NCBI RefSeq assembly: GCF_001194135.2
Contig: NC_068992.1
Coordinates: 5,119,905 to 5,183,904 of the forward strand
DNA: 64,000 nt
Reading direction: 5' to 3'
Origin: Octopus bimaculoides
Lineage: Eukaryota
Shown here in pieces: positions 1-13,199 of the stretch. The stretch's first letter is position 1. Each line of letters starts with the position of its first letter. The notes beneath the pieces were generated by a model that saw nothing but the letters and a program-made list of their open reading frames with translations, had not been told where the DNA came from and made no database searches. The position numbers and the translations under genes are program-made.

Positions 1-1254
1 TATGTATATATAATCATACATGAACCATGATGAATTTTCATTTTCTTACGTCTTATGAGTTGCGTTAAGTTAAATAAAACTAAATTATCGATTTTATGGA
101 TCTAACTCGAGCGAATTATACGTATGTAGAAGATTAGATAATTTTTCAATATATATTCCTTATGCATAAACTAATAGTCAAAATTTGAATATGCATAAAT
201 TGTGTTGGCTGTTTATTTCCATGAGTTATGAATTTGATTTTGTATTTACCATTCGAATTTTGACAGACGTTGACGCGGTGTATTGTGTACTTTTTAAACA
301 AATTCAAATAATACTTAATAATACTTGTATATGGCACAGTTACATTCACATGTCACCGGAAAAATGTGTTTGTGTTTCTTTTCATTTCATCGTTGCTATG
401 ACATTCTTTATGTCAAAATATTAATTCACAATATGCTGTAAATCTAGAGTGCTGGAAGAAATTGTAAACACATATCATAAAGAAAAGAATGGAAAGAGAA
501 TGAACGATAGCACAGCCAGGAAAATAATAGGTGCAGAGGCAGATATATAGAATTCGAGTATTACGTGAAGAAAACATTAAATGCAATATATTTTCACGTG
601 TAATAGCATCAACGTATAAAAGCAAAGTATAGCTTTAACTGAAGCGTACGCTAGTGGTATATTTGTAATTGGGAATTTGCTATGTATCATGGGGCGAAGT
701 GGTAGGAGAAAGCAGATAATATGCATCAAATGAGGCATAACCTTTTAAATATGTTATGTTTACACGTGAGAATGTTGGTTTTTATCACCTTGAAATGAAA
801 AGTGATATTATTAGTTTTCATCAATAGCCGTCTCTACCAGGATTTCCTATCTATAATAGGTAATAATAGAAACGTAACGTTGATTAAGCAGAATATAATT
901 TCCAAATGGTGTTCAATACAGAAAGATGCAGAGGGTATATCCAATAGTGTAAGTGAAAAAACAATTAAGAGCCTGCCTTAATCTCATTGATTATACAGAT
1001 AAAATTTATATTTTAGAATTTACTTGTATATATCAATGAACTGCAGTCATATTGGAGTACAGACATGAAGTGTTTTAGTGGAATCCCTCAATACTAGCCT
1101 TACAATTTGCAAACTTCATCGATAGGTCTCTTTTGAGGAAATGCTAACTTCATTAAAAAAGGCAGGAGCGGACGTTGACTGATATTTGGGAGCAAACACA
1201 AACACAAATAAATGCATACACATGTATATATATATACATACATATATATATATA

Positions 1255-1293
1255 NNNNNNNNNNNNNNNNNNNNNNNNNNNNNNNNNNNNNNN
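1255..1293. other. Assembly gap (N)
   Basis: N run between (TA)n and (TG)n. Confidence 1.
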
Positions 1294-1342
<49 letters not shown>

Positions 1343-1454
1343 TTGTGAGGCATGTCAACCAATGGCTGGGGTCTTTTCACTCATGACCGCAGATCGTGGT
1401 TTACATTTCTTGAGCTGACAGTGCATTGCGTTCTTGGGCAAAACATTTCCTTTA

Positions 1455-1557
1455 AGGAAATTGACCTCGGTGGAATAGGAACCGAGAATGTAAAGACGGA
1501 CGAAATGCTTCTAGGTTCTTTGCCCGAGGACCTAACGATCCCGTCAGTTACCGCCTT
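1455..1557 (-). mobile_element. SINE family A, head fragment
   Basis: TTGACCTCGGTGGAATAGGAACCGAGAATGTAAAGACGGACGAAATG...CCGCCTT matches the reverse complement of the family A head seen at 23692 and 42427. Confidence 0.75.
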
Positions 1558-3171
1558 CAGATCTTTAACAATACATTGTGTCTGTATTAACGCAGTAACA
1601 GAGCAACCATCCTTCATCTATAAAATGCGGTTTATGCATTATCTTAATGAGTCGATTTTTCGCTGCATTAGAAGAATAATGCTGATGTGCTATTTTTACA
1701 CATATTATTTAATAATATTTTGCCGATGCCGTTCTCATAAAATATCGATGAAACAATTCTAGAATCATATACTAAAACAGATTGCTAACACCTTCCTCCT
1801 TGTTAATATTTATATAAACTCTAGGAAAGAATCCTCTTTCGTTTCATACTTGTATCTGGTAGCCTTTATCCCTGGACGAACTTAATGATGCAATCTCCAA
1901 GGTTAAAGCCCGAATGGTAATGATGTATATGTATATATGTAAAGATTCCATGTCGTATTACATATATGAATTTCCCATAGAATGTCACGCTAACCGACAC
2001 ATTCAAACAAAACATTTAAACGGCAATCTGATTCTGGCACATAACTGATATGTCTAATTTCTATCAATCACGTTAATTCAATTGACATACACATACATAT
2101 ACACCTTCGTATACATACAGAAAGAAATGAGAAATCAGCGATATTACTTCTAAGAGAGATGCTTACATGCACACACATTCGCATATATAAATGTGTTTGT
2201 ATGTTCGTACACGTATTATTAGTAATATATACACATTTATGCGGGTGCATATAGATACATGTGTGAGCATGTCTATGTTAAAGTATTCAAACCTAACACG
2301 TAGTCTAATGCACATTCAGCTGTCGCCAGGTAATATTCTTTTGATCTCAATATTATCGCTATCAGTATCATCCATATTCATGTAATTCCAGAAGTAAATT
2401 TGTCTTTTACTTTGGAACTGAATCTCTATAACTGGCCAGCAAACACTCCTGAGTACATTTTTATTCCTTTTCTTACTTCCTTTCTTTCCTACCATCTATT
2501 ATTTTCTTTCTTTCTATATCATATTTGTAATATATTCGATGCTGACAACTCCTCTTATCAGGGAAATGCACAAGCCATTTATTTGCTACGACAAATTGTA
2601 TTTTTCTTTTACTTTGACACCAACAAACATGCTGAGTTTTGTTTTCTCTTCTCCCTCATAAAATCACAGGTTTATATATGCTTGTGATCCCTGAATGGAA
2701 TATTTAATATTGTCACAATTTACTTCGTTACTACAGTGATGTGATTCCATATCTAAAATGTAATTTCAAGTGAATTCGCAAACCATGACGAGAAATGTAA
2801 AGGAGAATAATATATTGGATCGTATTAAAATGTATATTCTTTCCTGACGTACATAGTTACACATGAGTATCTCTTTGTTTAGCACCAGGGTGCAGTTGGT
2901 TCAATATTCACATTTGGAATACTGTAGCATTGTTTTCTTTCAAAAATGTTCTTGGTTTGGTTTCATGTTTCACTTGGTGGCAACTACGGAAAGTGACTTC
3001 AAACGCAGTCCACGCCACCGACAGACAATTATGAGTGTGTTACGCAGAACCTGTGACGAGATTTTACAGTTACAGTACGATAAAGTGATGGTTTGTTGTC
3101 AACTTAATGCAGCAGTCGCAGAACAGGGGAGAATGTTAATGCTCACAGTTTCTACTTGGCTTCGGCGGGCT

Positions 3172-3313
3172 ACGGCGAGCTTTTTTCAGTTTCTATCAAC
3201 CAAATCCACTCACAAGGTTTTGTTCGGCTCGAAGCTATAGTAGAAGACCTACGTGCAAGTTGCTACGCAGCGGCACTGAATCCGGAATCATGGGGTTAGG
3301 AAGTAAGCTTCCT
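3172..3313 (-). mobile_element. SINE family B, 5' part
   Basis: TTCAGTTTCTATCAACCAAATCCACTCACAAGGTTTTGTTCGGCTCGAAGCTATAGTAGAAGAC is homologous to 62600-62750 and is the reverse complement of 27178-27305 and 38480-38595. Confidence 0.8.
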
Positions 3314-3589
3314 ATACGTGTGCCTGTGTTTGTGTATGAATGTATGTGTATTTATATATTTATATATGGATAAGATTATCGAAGTTTACAATTAAATATT
3401 CTGTTCTTTCCTTTTAGACAGTACGATAGAAATTGTTATTATTAATGTTTTCAACCTAAATTTGTGATATGAAGCCTATTTTTCTAAATTTAATACAACT
3501 CTCGCACAACCTTTACATTCATTATCGAAGGCAATAACATTAGTATACATGCTTTACATTAAATGCACCGCTATCATCGTCTTCAAAGT

Positions 3590-3614
3590 CAGCATCATCA
3601 TCACCACCACCACT

Positions 3615-3691
<77 letters not shown>

Positions 3692-3840
3692 AATCTTCTT
3701 CGTCTTCTTCCTATTCATCATCACCATCACCACTACCACCGCCACCGGTATCAGCACTAACTCCAGCCCTACCATCATCACTACCAAAACCATGACCGCA
3801 CCACCACCACCAACAACAACAACACTGCTGCCATTATCAT
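3590..3840. repeat. Compound (CAT)n/(CAC)n trinucleotide microsatellite
   Basis: Visible directly. It generates the poly-I, poly-H and poly-M ORFs in the track. Confidence 0.95.
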
Positions 3841-5450
3841 CAAAATTAGTTACCATGTTGATGTTTACCGAAAAACTTTATCACAGTAGTTAAATTCATG
3901 TACATTACCACAGATAATTCCACTCTCCCAATCGCTACCACTTCTCATACAATAATCGCGATCAAGTGTCACAACGAGGACATGTTTCTTATTACATCAA
4001 TTACCATTACCGCCAAACTAACCCCGTAATTTCCAGCAGTCATCTTCATTCTGTGTAGCTTTTGCGTTTCGCATATTTTTTTTTATGTATATATATTTAT
4101 TTCTCAATGATATTGTCCAAATGATTGCAAACAAATAAAGTTAGGCTTACTCTTCAATTCGTATTCATTTGACGTAGATCGTTAATGTGGTTAAACTCTT
4201 GGTAGTCGGTATATTGAGAATAAAATTCTTTCTTGAATTAACCTTCGTTGTTCACATCAATCTTTACACCATATTATGACTGGAGGCCGTTTATCAGTTA
4301 TGTTCACAGCCACCACTACCAACACTTCACTTTATGTTTGAGATAATAAAGAATTACCGACTAAATCAAATCAAAAGATAATATCTCAGCTTGTTTCGTG
4401 TAAGAATACAGATCACTGCTTGAAGTAAATCGAATAGCTATGTATGTGTACACACACACATAGTTATAGAGAAATATGAATAGACTCTCTCGTATAAAAA
4501 CATATACGAGTGTGTGTGTGTTTGAATACAAGCAGACGCAATATGATTTAAGAACACACTCTTACGAAGCAAATTACACACATTTAATATTTAACCAGCT
4601 CTAAACATATTAGAAAATAAAAGAAAAATTCTTTTTAATATGCTGAAGAGAATGGCAGGGTAAGCATGATGCAACTTTAAATCCGGCAAGTAATTGCTTC
4701 TTAATGCAATTAAAAACTGAATTTATGAGGTTATTTTCTCCATGTGACGAGTGAAAATTAAATCAAATAAAAGTTATAAAAATAATATTCCATGTCTTAC
4801 TACAGATAATAACTACTTTGATACGGAGAAATAGATTTTAATTAAGATAAATTCTCGGATGAAATTAGTAATTTCGTTAACATCGATTTAATTATTTTCT
4901 TATTCAGCTTGATGTTTATGAAAAGGTCTTTGAAAGGCATTTTGTTGCTGAATATCACGTGAAAATGCTTGCTTTTTCTTATAAAAAATTCAGTTAATAT
5001 CATAAACTTAGGAGGCTTGGGTAAAATGTTTCTTACGATATAAAATCATTTTGAAGATTTATGTAAGACTTTATCTATAAGGCTTCTATATTATATTTCA
5101 AATTAATCGAACGATTAACTATAATTAACTTTCAAAAGAGAATATTTTATAAATCGTTTTGAATTCTGTAGTTTAATTCCACGGAAGGGCGCCTTGCTGG
5201 TAGTTCCTTTTGCAATTTCATTACACCACATCACTACATGTGGCATTCCACTTTACATGATAGTGCTAACACGAAATACCTAGCAGACACATGTTACAAT
5301 GTTCGGAATAATGATATATATTTAGTGAAAATGAACGAAAATTCATATTTATTGTGAGGCACTAGGTGTGGCCAATTGAAGAATTGGTCAGTGACGTGAT
5401 TACATAAAAAATAAAGATAACTCTGAGATATGAGTTTTTCTGTGTTGCAG

Positions 5451-5470
5451 AAAATATCGAATTAACTCAG
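5451..5470 (+). other. Candidate 20-nt micro-exon
   Basis: Acceptor TTTTTCTGTGTTGCAG| and donor CAG|GTGAGG. Open as (E)NIELTQ, phase 1 to 0. No transcript evidence. Confidence 0.35.
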
Positions 5471-6858
5471 GTGAGGAAACATATTCCAAAATTTTGTCTT
5501 TCTAGCAGAGATATCTTAGCTAAAAACAATCAAACTACCATAAAAGGCCCCAATCTTCTTAATCAGATATGGTATTTCTACATAAAATGTTGTAGCTGCA
5601 TAATTTCTAGTAACTGCAATTATTTAAGAGTTTTTTTTAATATTATATAAAATACATTACAAATGTGAACGGTATATTTTGTCTGAGATATATTTTTATC
5701 GAACGTGCACCAGATTGTATCACACCAAATCGTGTAGAATATATACGTTTACGAAATGTAGCAGTCTATTTCTAAAGAATGGAAGTTTACTGAATACCAT
5801 GCTTATTACATGAATTTAGCCAAGCAATGTATCCACACTAATAAACAAACATTTTCTTAAACATATGGATAAAATTACGTAAGTTAATTCTTATTTATGC
5901 ATGCTAATAAAATAAATACGCAACCACTACGGTAGTCTGGAATAATATTATTACATTATTGAAACTAAAATGTGTTAAAAAGAGTTTAATTATTTTATAC
6001 AATTTACATAATGCATTAATATTTTAAATTATTTTCTATTCGATTCAATTAAGTAATTTCATCGATATATCATTTTCCTCACATGTTGCTTTGGTATAAG
6101 TTATTGTTTGGATATTTAAAAATATGTCCTCTCTTAGTTAAAAGTATATACATAAATGTCATGCAAATTGTGAACACGCGACTAGCATTATAAATGCATA
6201 GATTTACAGGCATATACATATATAACTACATATGTCATGATCTAATTGGTTTATATCATTCCTGATATTGTATATTTTAGATAGCTGCATTATCATCACA
6301 TGTTACTAATAATGTAATCTGTGAATTAAAATATTCGTGGTAGAATGAAAACAATTAGCTATAACATTAATGTTATTCTCTAAGTAATCCTACTCCTAGA
6401 TATGATAAACAATCATAGATACCATATATTAAATATTACAATATATAACCAAAAGCCAATGTATTTCAATTTGCGAATGACATTCCATTAAGTCAAATCA
6501 TAAAATGATTTTCAATAAACGCTATAAATTATTTTGCTACGAATTTTGGATAATTACAAATTTCACTTTATCAGTCACAAGCGATTTATTTTCAGATGAA
6601 GAAAAAATACTATTTCAAAATTTACGCTGAAAAGAGTTATGGTAGAGATAGCCGAATGATATGAATGACAGGAAGAGTACAAACTACAAACGAAAAGAAT
6701 GTTTGAAAGAATAAGACTTGCACCCGCGTTTTGAATGTATCAAGCTTGTATTTTTTGCTTACTGTTTCAAAATATTAAGACAATTTATCATGCAAGGGCC
6801 AAAAAGTGATTGGAAAAGGAAAAAATAGTTCATCTATAAAGGGGTTAGTGCTTACATA

Positions 6859-7178
6859 TATCAGGTCATCTCAAATGTTCTGTCCGATTTTACCTTTTTT
6901 TAAAATTTAATGAAACTTAATAGTATTTTAGAATACCTAATGGAATTAGAAATTATATTTGCATTTGTGCACATTTAAACTAATTAAATATTATTTTACA
7001 GAACAATAGAATAAAAATTTCTCTGATTAAAACCCTTTCTAACATAGAAGTATCCAAAGAGCATTTGAGCCACATAATGCTTTATAAGTACAAAAAAAGG
7101 AAACTCTACAGCCGAAGCGACTCGAAACATACACTCATTTTATAGGAAAGAATGGTTGAATGAAAGAACTTGCAGAAC
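6859..7178 (+). mobile_element. Mariner transposon 5' relic (left TIR plus transposase N-terminus)
   Basis: TA-TCAGGTCATCTCAAATGTTCTGTCCG is TIR-like. 7043-7178 reads, with one frameshift, EVSKEHLSHIMLYKYKK-GNSTAEATRNIHSFYRKEWLNERTCR, a typical mariner HTH N-terminus. Confidence 0.8.
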
Positions 7179-7376
7179 ATAGTCAGCACGCCGGGGAAAC
7201 GCTTAACGGTATTTGGTCTCTCTTTACGTTCTGAGTTCAAATTCCACCGAGGTCGAAGTCGCTTTTCATCCTTTAGGGTTGATAAATTAAATGCCAGTTG
7301 TGTAATGGGGTCGATCATGTCGACTGTCCCACGTCTCAAAAATGTCGGGTCTTTTGCCTAGAGTAGAAATGAATAT
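7172..7376 (+). mobile_element. SINE family A (tail type 1), 5'-truncated
   Basis: B-box-like GAGTTCAAATTCC, core GAGGTCGA...GATAAATTAA, tail ending GCCTAGAGTAGAAAT. Confidence 0.85.
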
Positions 7377-10300
7377 TTCAGAAATGTATTCGGCATAAGA
7401 TTATGTGAAACATACGTTTAACACATTATTTTTACGGTTCTGTACAATTACTGAATAGAAATTTCTACCGAAATACATTACTCAACTATTATATACTTAA
7501 AACTAAAATCAAAATCTTCTTAACTCGTACGAAAGTTAAATCCGTTTCTATAAATGCATTTTATTTGATATATAATTAGTAAAGAAATATATATTGCAAT
7601 GTTATTTGACATATGACCGTGTGTATCATGAATGCCTTCAAGTGACTTACATGCTCTCGTATCCTTATGCATCTTACATTGGGTTCGAGTAGCAAGGAAA
7701 TAAAATTGAATAGTGGATTGAAACCAGCAAAATAGACAGAGGTGAACATCACAAGCATTAAACGATACTTGAATGTGATAATTCTTCGGTTTATTCGTGT
7801 ATACACATTCAGATTTTTAATCTTAATTGTACACAGAACAGACTTTAGCATTTAGTCATTTGGAGATGAAATATCAAAAAATCATCAGTAAAACCGTTGT
7901 ATTTGTGAGGTACAACTCTTAAAATAACTGTATTTTCGAGGCCTATGGACATATTAAACGTCCATTTCAATATGATTTATAGTCGATCCCACAATAAAAC
8001 AGTTTGTCAGAAAGAGCATAATATATGCAGATTTGATAGTAGTAATAAATGAGTACTGAATGATGTAGAAGAAAATGATAAGCAAACTTTCAGCAATTTG
8101 TCTTGTCAATGAAATTACATATATTATGTTTACTCTTATTTTTATAAAAAGACAAGCCTAATATTCATGAAAATATAACGCTTAAAATAGACGAAGCAAT
8201 AAGATTTAAAGAAGAAAATAAAATAGCGGCGCCAAAAACAAATGGTGCCGGCAGGGACGACGCTCTATTCATATGCAATATACGAACAAGACTCAGAGTC
8301 AAAGACCATAGAAGCAAGATGTTTATCAAAAGATAAACCACATACTCGAACCATAATGAAATACTATAACAAATCTTAAACAATGAGATTACGCGAATGG
8401 TGCACGTCTCTGTTGGATCCATTCCATCTCAATAACAAATTTTTTAATTAATATTTTTTCTTTTACTAAACAGTTTGAAACTTCGTATACTGGTAGAATT
8501 TCTCGCGTAGAACACGGTTTACTCGGAAACTTTTTGAATAAATTTCGTTATTGAGATGTTTCGTGTTAAAGTTGTCGTATTTGGGTAATTTCACCCAACC
8601 GACGACGTGTATTCAGTTGAAAAAAGCTACTGCTGTTTGCGATAGTAATCGAAGAGGAACAACTTTCGGGTCAACTTTACTAAATGTCACCACGAGTCCA
8701 CAGCTAGCTTTTTTGTTGTTGACGTAAATGTAGTTTCAAAATGCTTTATGTGATGTATGGTTATTGTAATGATTTTATTTTGTTGTAATAAACAACAAAC
8801 ATATTTCGTCAATATAAAATCATTATTTCGTGATGTGCAAACTGATACCACGAATTTACTCTCAGATATACTCATTATGTTATTTTTATATTATCTGAAA
8901 TAGAATACCCGCATATCGCTTACTCCCCAAAAATTGAATTATATATATATATATATATATATACATTATGTATACATTATATAGGGCAATACTTTATTTA
9001 TTCAGCCTGTCTGTTATATTCGTGGAAAATTTTGGTTTTGATGTTTTGTTGGAAAATAAGTATATTTGGCAATTACTTACATGTTTTCTTTAAATCGCTG
9101 AAAAGAAACCCCACAAACACGTCGGTATTCCCGACCAATATACGTCCAATAATAACATTTTGATTTCTGATTGGTATTATTTCATTATTTCTTTCAACCC
9201 TGTAAAAGCCACTCCTGTGGAAAATACTCATGTGTATTTTCTTAACGTAAATAATCATGCTATCAGTATTATCTGACATTCATGGATATCAGTGTTACCT
9301 AATACTTCTTATTCTTAATTACATTTCTACACAGCTTCCCGTGCACTCTATTGTCTCTGAGCTACATTTAATTAAGCATAAATTTGACGCGAGTTTCACA
9401 TCCTATCGTTCTTCAAATATATTTATTTGTCACGTAAATTAAGATGTTTTATTCTGCGACGCCTTATCCATCTAACGTTATTCTTCGATTTACTTTTCTT
9501 TCAGCTCGTAAATATATCATGATACTTTTAATATTTATTATGCCGTTATCTTGAGTGTAATGTCACAGAATATTAAATACATTAAGATGGAATGATATCA
9601 TTCACTTTAAATAATCCACTCTGACTGGATCTTTCATGGAAGCTCACAATTACCTATCCAGCTACTAAATGAATTTCTCGTTCTTTTACATAACGACTCG
9701 ATATACAATGAAGCTTGTTCATTTTCTTTCTAGTATTATCTCATATCTATCTTAATTCACCTTTTCGATAAGTTTATAGACTCTACAGTCCTATCATTGG
9801 ATATTCCCTCAGAGCTACACATTTCATTATTTTAGATCTTCTACACATACGCTAACATATTAACGAATATCTGACTGGTCAAGATGTAAATAAATCACCG
9901 TAACAATCTTTCTTCTCTTTTCCCACATATTATGCTAATGTATTATTGAACTTAATATTAGTAAATTTCGGTATAATATCCGTGTTTCCTGAGATCCATG
10001 AGGTTTGTTTCTCCGTTTTTCTTCTGGTGTCTGATAATTATTTTTCGAAATCGTCACAATTAGTGGGTGTCCTATTATTATGAAAAATGCACCCAACAGG
10101 AAAATTTGACCTTGTATAAATCCCAATAATAATAGAGCTATTCTGTTGCTACTCCTCAGTACGTTACCCCTGTAAACGTTTTCTAAAATATTTTAAAAAA
10201 TTCTGGATTTCGATTTTAGATTTTTCTCTTGCTGTCCGTGGGCAACAGTGAGTTTAGTTTTTACTTCTTGATTATAACTTGTCGAAAATTCTGAATTTGG

Positions 10301-10834
10301 AAGCTTGAATTTATGTTAAAATATTAAGAAAAATATAGTCTCTAAGAACTAATTATTTAGTGGAGTTGCTGAGAGAGGAGAGCGAGGATACTTTGTGGTT
10401 AGAATGTGTTTATAAACCATCGAGGGCTGGTATCTGAAACTTGCATCAGTGAAACATATTGCCGTCACATCATGAATCAACGCGAGGTAATTTAGCAACA
10501 TATATAAAAAAAAAAGTAAGACAAAACCCAACTGGCATAAACTCTGCCGATGCAATGGAAAACTAAGCGGGAACTCTCGCTCACCTGAATCATACAAATG
10601 CATAGCGTCCAGAGGCTAAAGAATTCGCTTTGTATATACATTTTTTCTTCGGTTCCAAACTAAATTATCCACAGCACAATCAGTAATTTACGGTGAGTGA
10701 TAAACAATGTAAACAACGAGCATTCATGTAACGCTAGATATTCCAGATAGCTTTTCACAAGTATTTAAGCCACGAATAAATTTGCCAAAAGGTGCTTTCA
10801 CAAAACCACCTAATGGAACATACGGAAAAAAAAA

Positions 10835-11081
10835 CATTGTTTGCATTATTTACATTCGACGGATATTTGTCCTCATCTTGTTTATTGTTAACACAACGTT
10901 TCGGCTGATATACACTCCAGCCTTCTTCAGGTGTTTGGGGAAATTTTGAACCTGGGCTCTCATTCCTAAGGTATTTTTCAATGTTTATTATCGTTATCAC
11001 TATTATTGTTGGTGTTCATGTCACTGCTTGGAATCGAACTCGGAATCTTGGGGTTAGTAGCCCGCGCCCTTAAACGCTACG
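10835..11081 (-). mobile_element. SINE family C: tRNA-like head, short AAT-rich linker, hammerhead-containing tail
   Basis: The minus strand reads GTAGCGTTTAAGGGCGCGGGCTACTAACCCCAAGATTCCGAGTTCGATTCCAAGCAGTGAC. This gives an A-box-like region, an anticodon-arm-like GGG-CTACTAA-CCC and B-box GTTCGATTCC at 11030-11039, followed by a non-tRNA tail. Confidence 0.8.
10890..10935 (-). ncRNA. Minimal type-I hammerhead ribozyme (Penelope-type)
   Basis: Minus strand AACAC-CUGAAGA-A-GGCUG(GAGUGUAUAU)CAGCC-GAAA-C-G-UU^-GUGUU. The core CUGANGA...GAAA...UH is conserved, stem I (AACAC/GUGUU) and stem II (GGCUG/CAGCC) are perfect 5-bp helices, and helix III is reduced to the palindrome ACGU. Confidence 0.75.
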
Positions 11082-11319
11082 TGGGGAATTATGGAGTTCG
11101 ATTCCAAGTAGTGACCATATGGCATATTACCAGTCAATGTAAGCCACTAGTCCAGTTATATATTGTAAAATGTATTTCAATTACTCTCTTGCTTTTTCTC
11201 CTGTTTTACTCTTGACTACATATTTTCTGCGTGTGCTTGTAGATTGCTGTACACTTTCAGCCTTTGTGTTTTAAAAAATAGGAAGAATATTATCATTGTA
11301 AATATTAGTTGAAACACGA

Positions 11320-11520
11320 GTGTGGCCAGGCGACAGTACTTTTAACGAATGGGACACATTTTCTTGCGGCATTTCTTTCTAAAGTTTTACATTCTGATTC
11401 CGTCGAAGTCTACTCTGTTTTTCGCCATGCCGCAGTTGATAAAATAATTAACCATGAACGACTGAGTTAGTTGCAATAATTTTAACCCTTTCCCCCAGAG
11501 AATTTGTTGCTTCATGCGAG
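11320..11520 (+). mobile_element. Highly degenerate SINE family A copy
   Basis: GGCATTTC...TTTTACATTCTGATTCCGTCGAAGTCTACT...GTTGATAAAATA...CCCTTTCCCCCAGAGAATTT is colinear with the family A consensus. Confidence 0.5.
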
Positions 11521-11622
11521 GATTTGAAATCGTTGTTAATTTTACTACAATTAGTAGAATGTCCTAGAGAATTTCAGGGGTAGAAGCCGTTGTGCTTAGT
11601 TATAGCGGTTGTGGCATCGGTT

Positions 11623-11624
<2 letters not shown>

Positions 11625-11671
<47 letters not shown>

Positions 11672-11720
11672 GATTCTTGTTGTTGTTGTTATTACTTTTA
11701 TTAGTTGTTATTGTTATTCT
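11625..11720. repeat. (TAT)n/(TGT)n microsatellite
   Basis: Visible directly. Confidence 0.9.
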
Positions 11721-13199
11721 TGCTTTTGTATTAGTTTAATAGTAGTAGTATAGAAGATATTAATTGTTGCAGCAGTTGTGACAATCACAGTTGGTTTTAT
11801 TCTCGTTGCTTTCCAAAAAATCCTAATTAACAAACGGTAATAGAAGCCCTATCATGCTTCGGAAAAGAAATACAATTATCTCAAAAGCAACTGACGCCAG
11901 TGTTCTATCGATATTTCTTCTTTCTTTTATTCTGTCTTTCCTTCTTTCCTTCTTCTCTTCTTTCTTTCTTCCATTTTCTTCCATTTGTTTCTTATTTATA
12001 TTTTATTTTTGTCTATTTTGGAGGAAATCCGCATATCTGTTGAACGTTCCAAATATATATTATTCTGCTTTCAGATACGTGTCGAGTATTCTACAATGTA
12101 GAATGCAGAATGCACTATCGTTTGCAGTTAGGAAATATGTTCCACGTATGGTAATATTCTTTATTCTTCAGTTTACTTTTGTTATCGGTATTTTTAATTT
12201 TATTTAAGTTTACTTAAGGTCATGGTAACCATCTTGATAAATTGAACGAGACATATATTATACGACAAAAAAATACATAAATAAATAAAAGAAAAAAAAT
12301 AAACCACAACTATGATTCCACGACGAAACTAACAAATGTGAGTAATTGAATATTATTGAATTTCTAAATTAATTTCAAAATTATTAACATATTCTGCCAG
12401 TATGGAATTAAAGAACTTCCTAATTCTATGTGTCATTTTACACGTGAAATATTTATTTTATTTTGCTAATTTTTTTCACTGTCTTTTTGTTTAATTGGCA
12501 CATCACTTATTATTGTTTCCATTTTCTTTTACTTGGAACTTCCAATCTAAAATTATATTTGAAATGACATAATACAAAAAGACACAAAACAAAACAAAAT
12601 TAAAATCAAGCGGATTTATTATTCTATGTTTATTTTATTATCTTTACTGTTTTGTTTATTTAATATACCGATTTTTCCCTTTTACAAATTTGATAGCCAG
12701 TCTTCTACACTCACTCTGTCGACAAAACAACTTCTAATTTATCTTCCTTTAGTATGCAAATTATCATCAAAGATTTGTTTTGCAAAGCAGAATATTATTG
12801 ATTGTGAAATATGATATTCCGAAAGCTTGTTGATAGAATATGATTTTCTCGGCCAATAGAACAATTGATGAATTTTGCCGCCTTAACCTTAACTATATTG
12901 ATACTCATTTATCAAATTCCTGTTTATTATTCAATTTTAAAATTATTTCTCAGTTTTTGTTCCTAATATGAGACTCTTGGGAACTTAAACGACCTCGAAG
13001 GTGATATTTGATGAGGTGATATAAAGAAATGGAAGATATCTATGTTTAGAGATAATTTGAAAATGAGTTGGTTATAATACTTAACATTATTTAATTCTTT
13101 GGCCGAACTATTCTAGTGTGTAATGTACATACTATTAATTATTTACAGTTTTTGTAATAGAACTGAAACCTGCTAATGCTTTACACCACCGATCCTGCG

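Noticed and set aside
448-530. Open plus-strand segment VLEEIVNTYHKEKNGKRMNDSTARKII, phase-compatible with the 5451 micro-exon
   Set aside because: Both the acceptor (AAATCTAG) and the donor (GTGCAG) are weak, so it is indistinguishable from chance.
8165-8422. Hydrophobic 85-aa minus-strand ORF resembling a membrane protein
   Set aside because: Hydrophobicity follows from the T-rich strand. There are no convincing splice sites and no recognisable family.
10585-10615. Minus-strand 31-nt exon candidate (donor CAG|GTGAGC)
   Set aside because: It is isolated and not phase-compatible with 9081-9214. It shows that such signals arise by chance.
11020-11081. Possible tRNA gene with an ACT anticodon-like loop
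   Set aside because: No acceptor stem or complete cloverleaf, and it continues into a repeat tail, so it is a SINE head.
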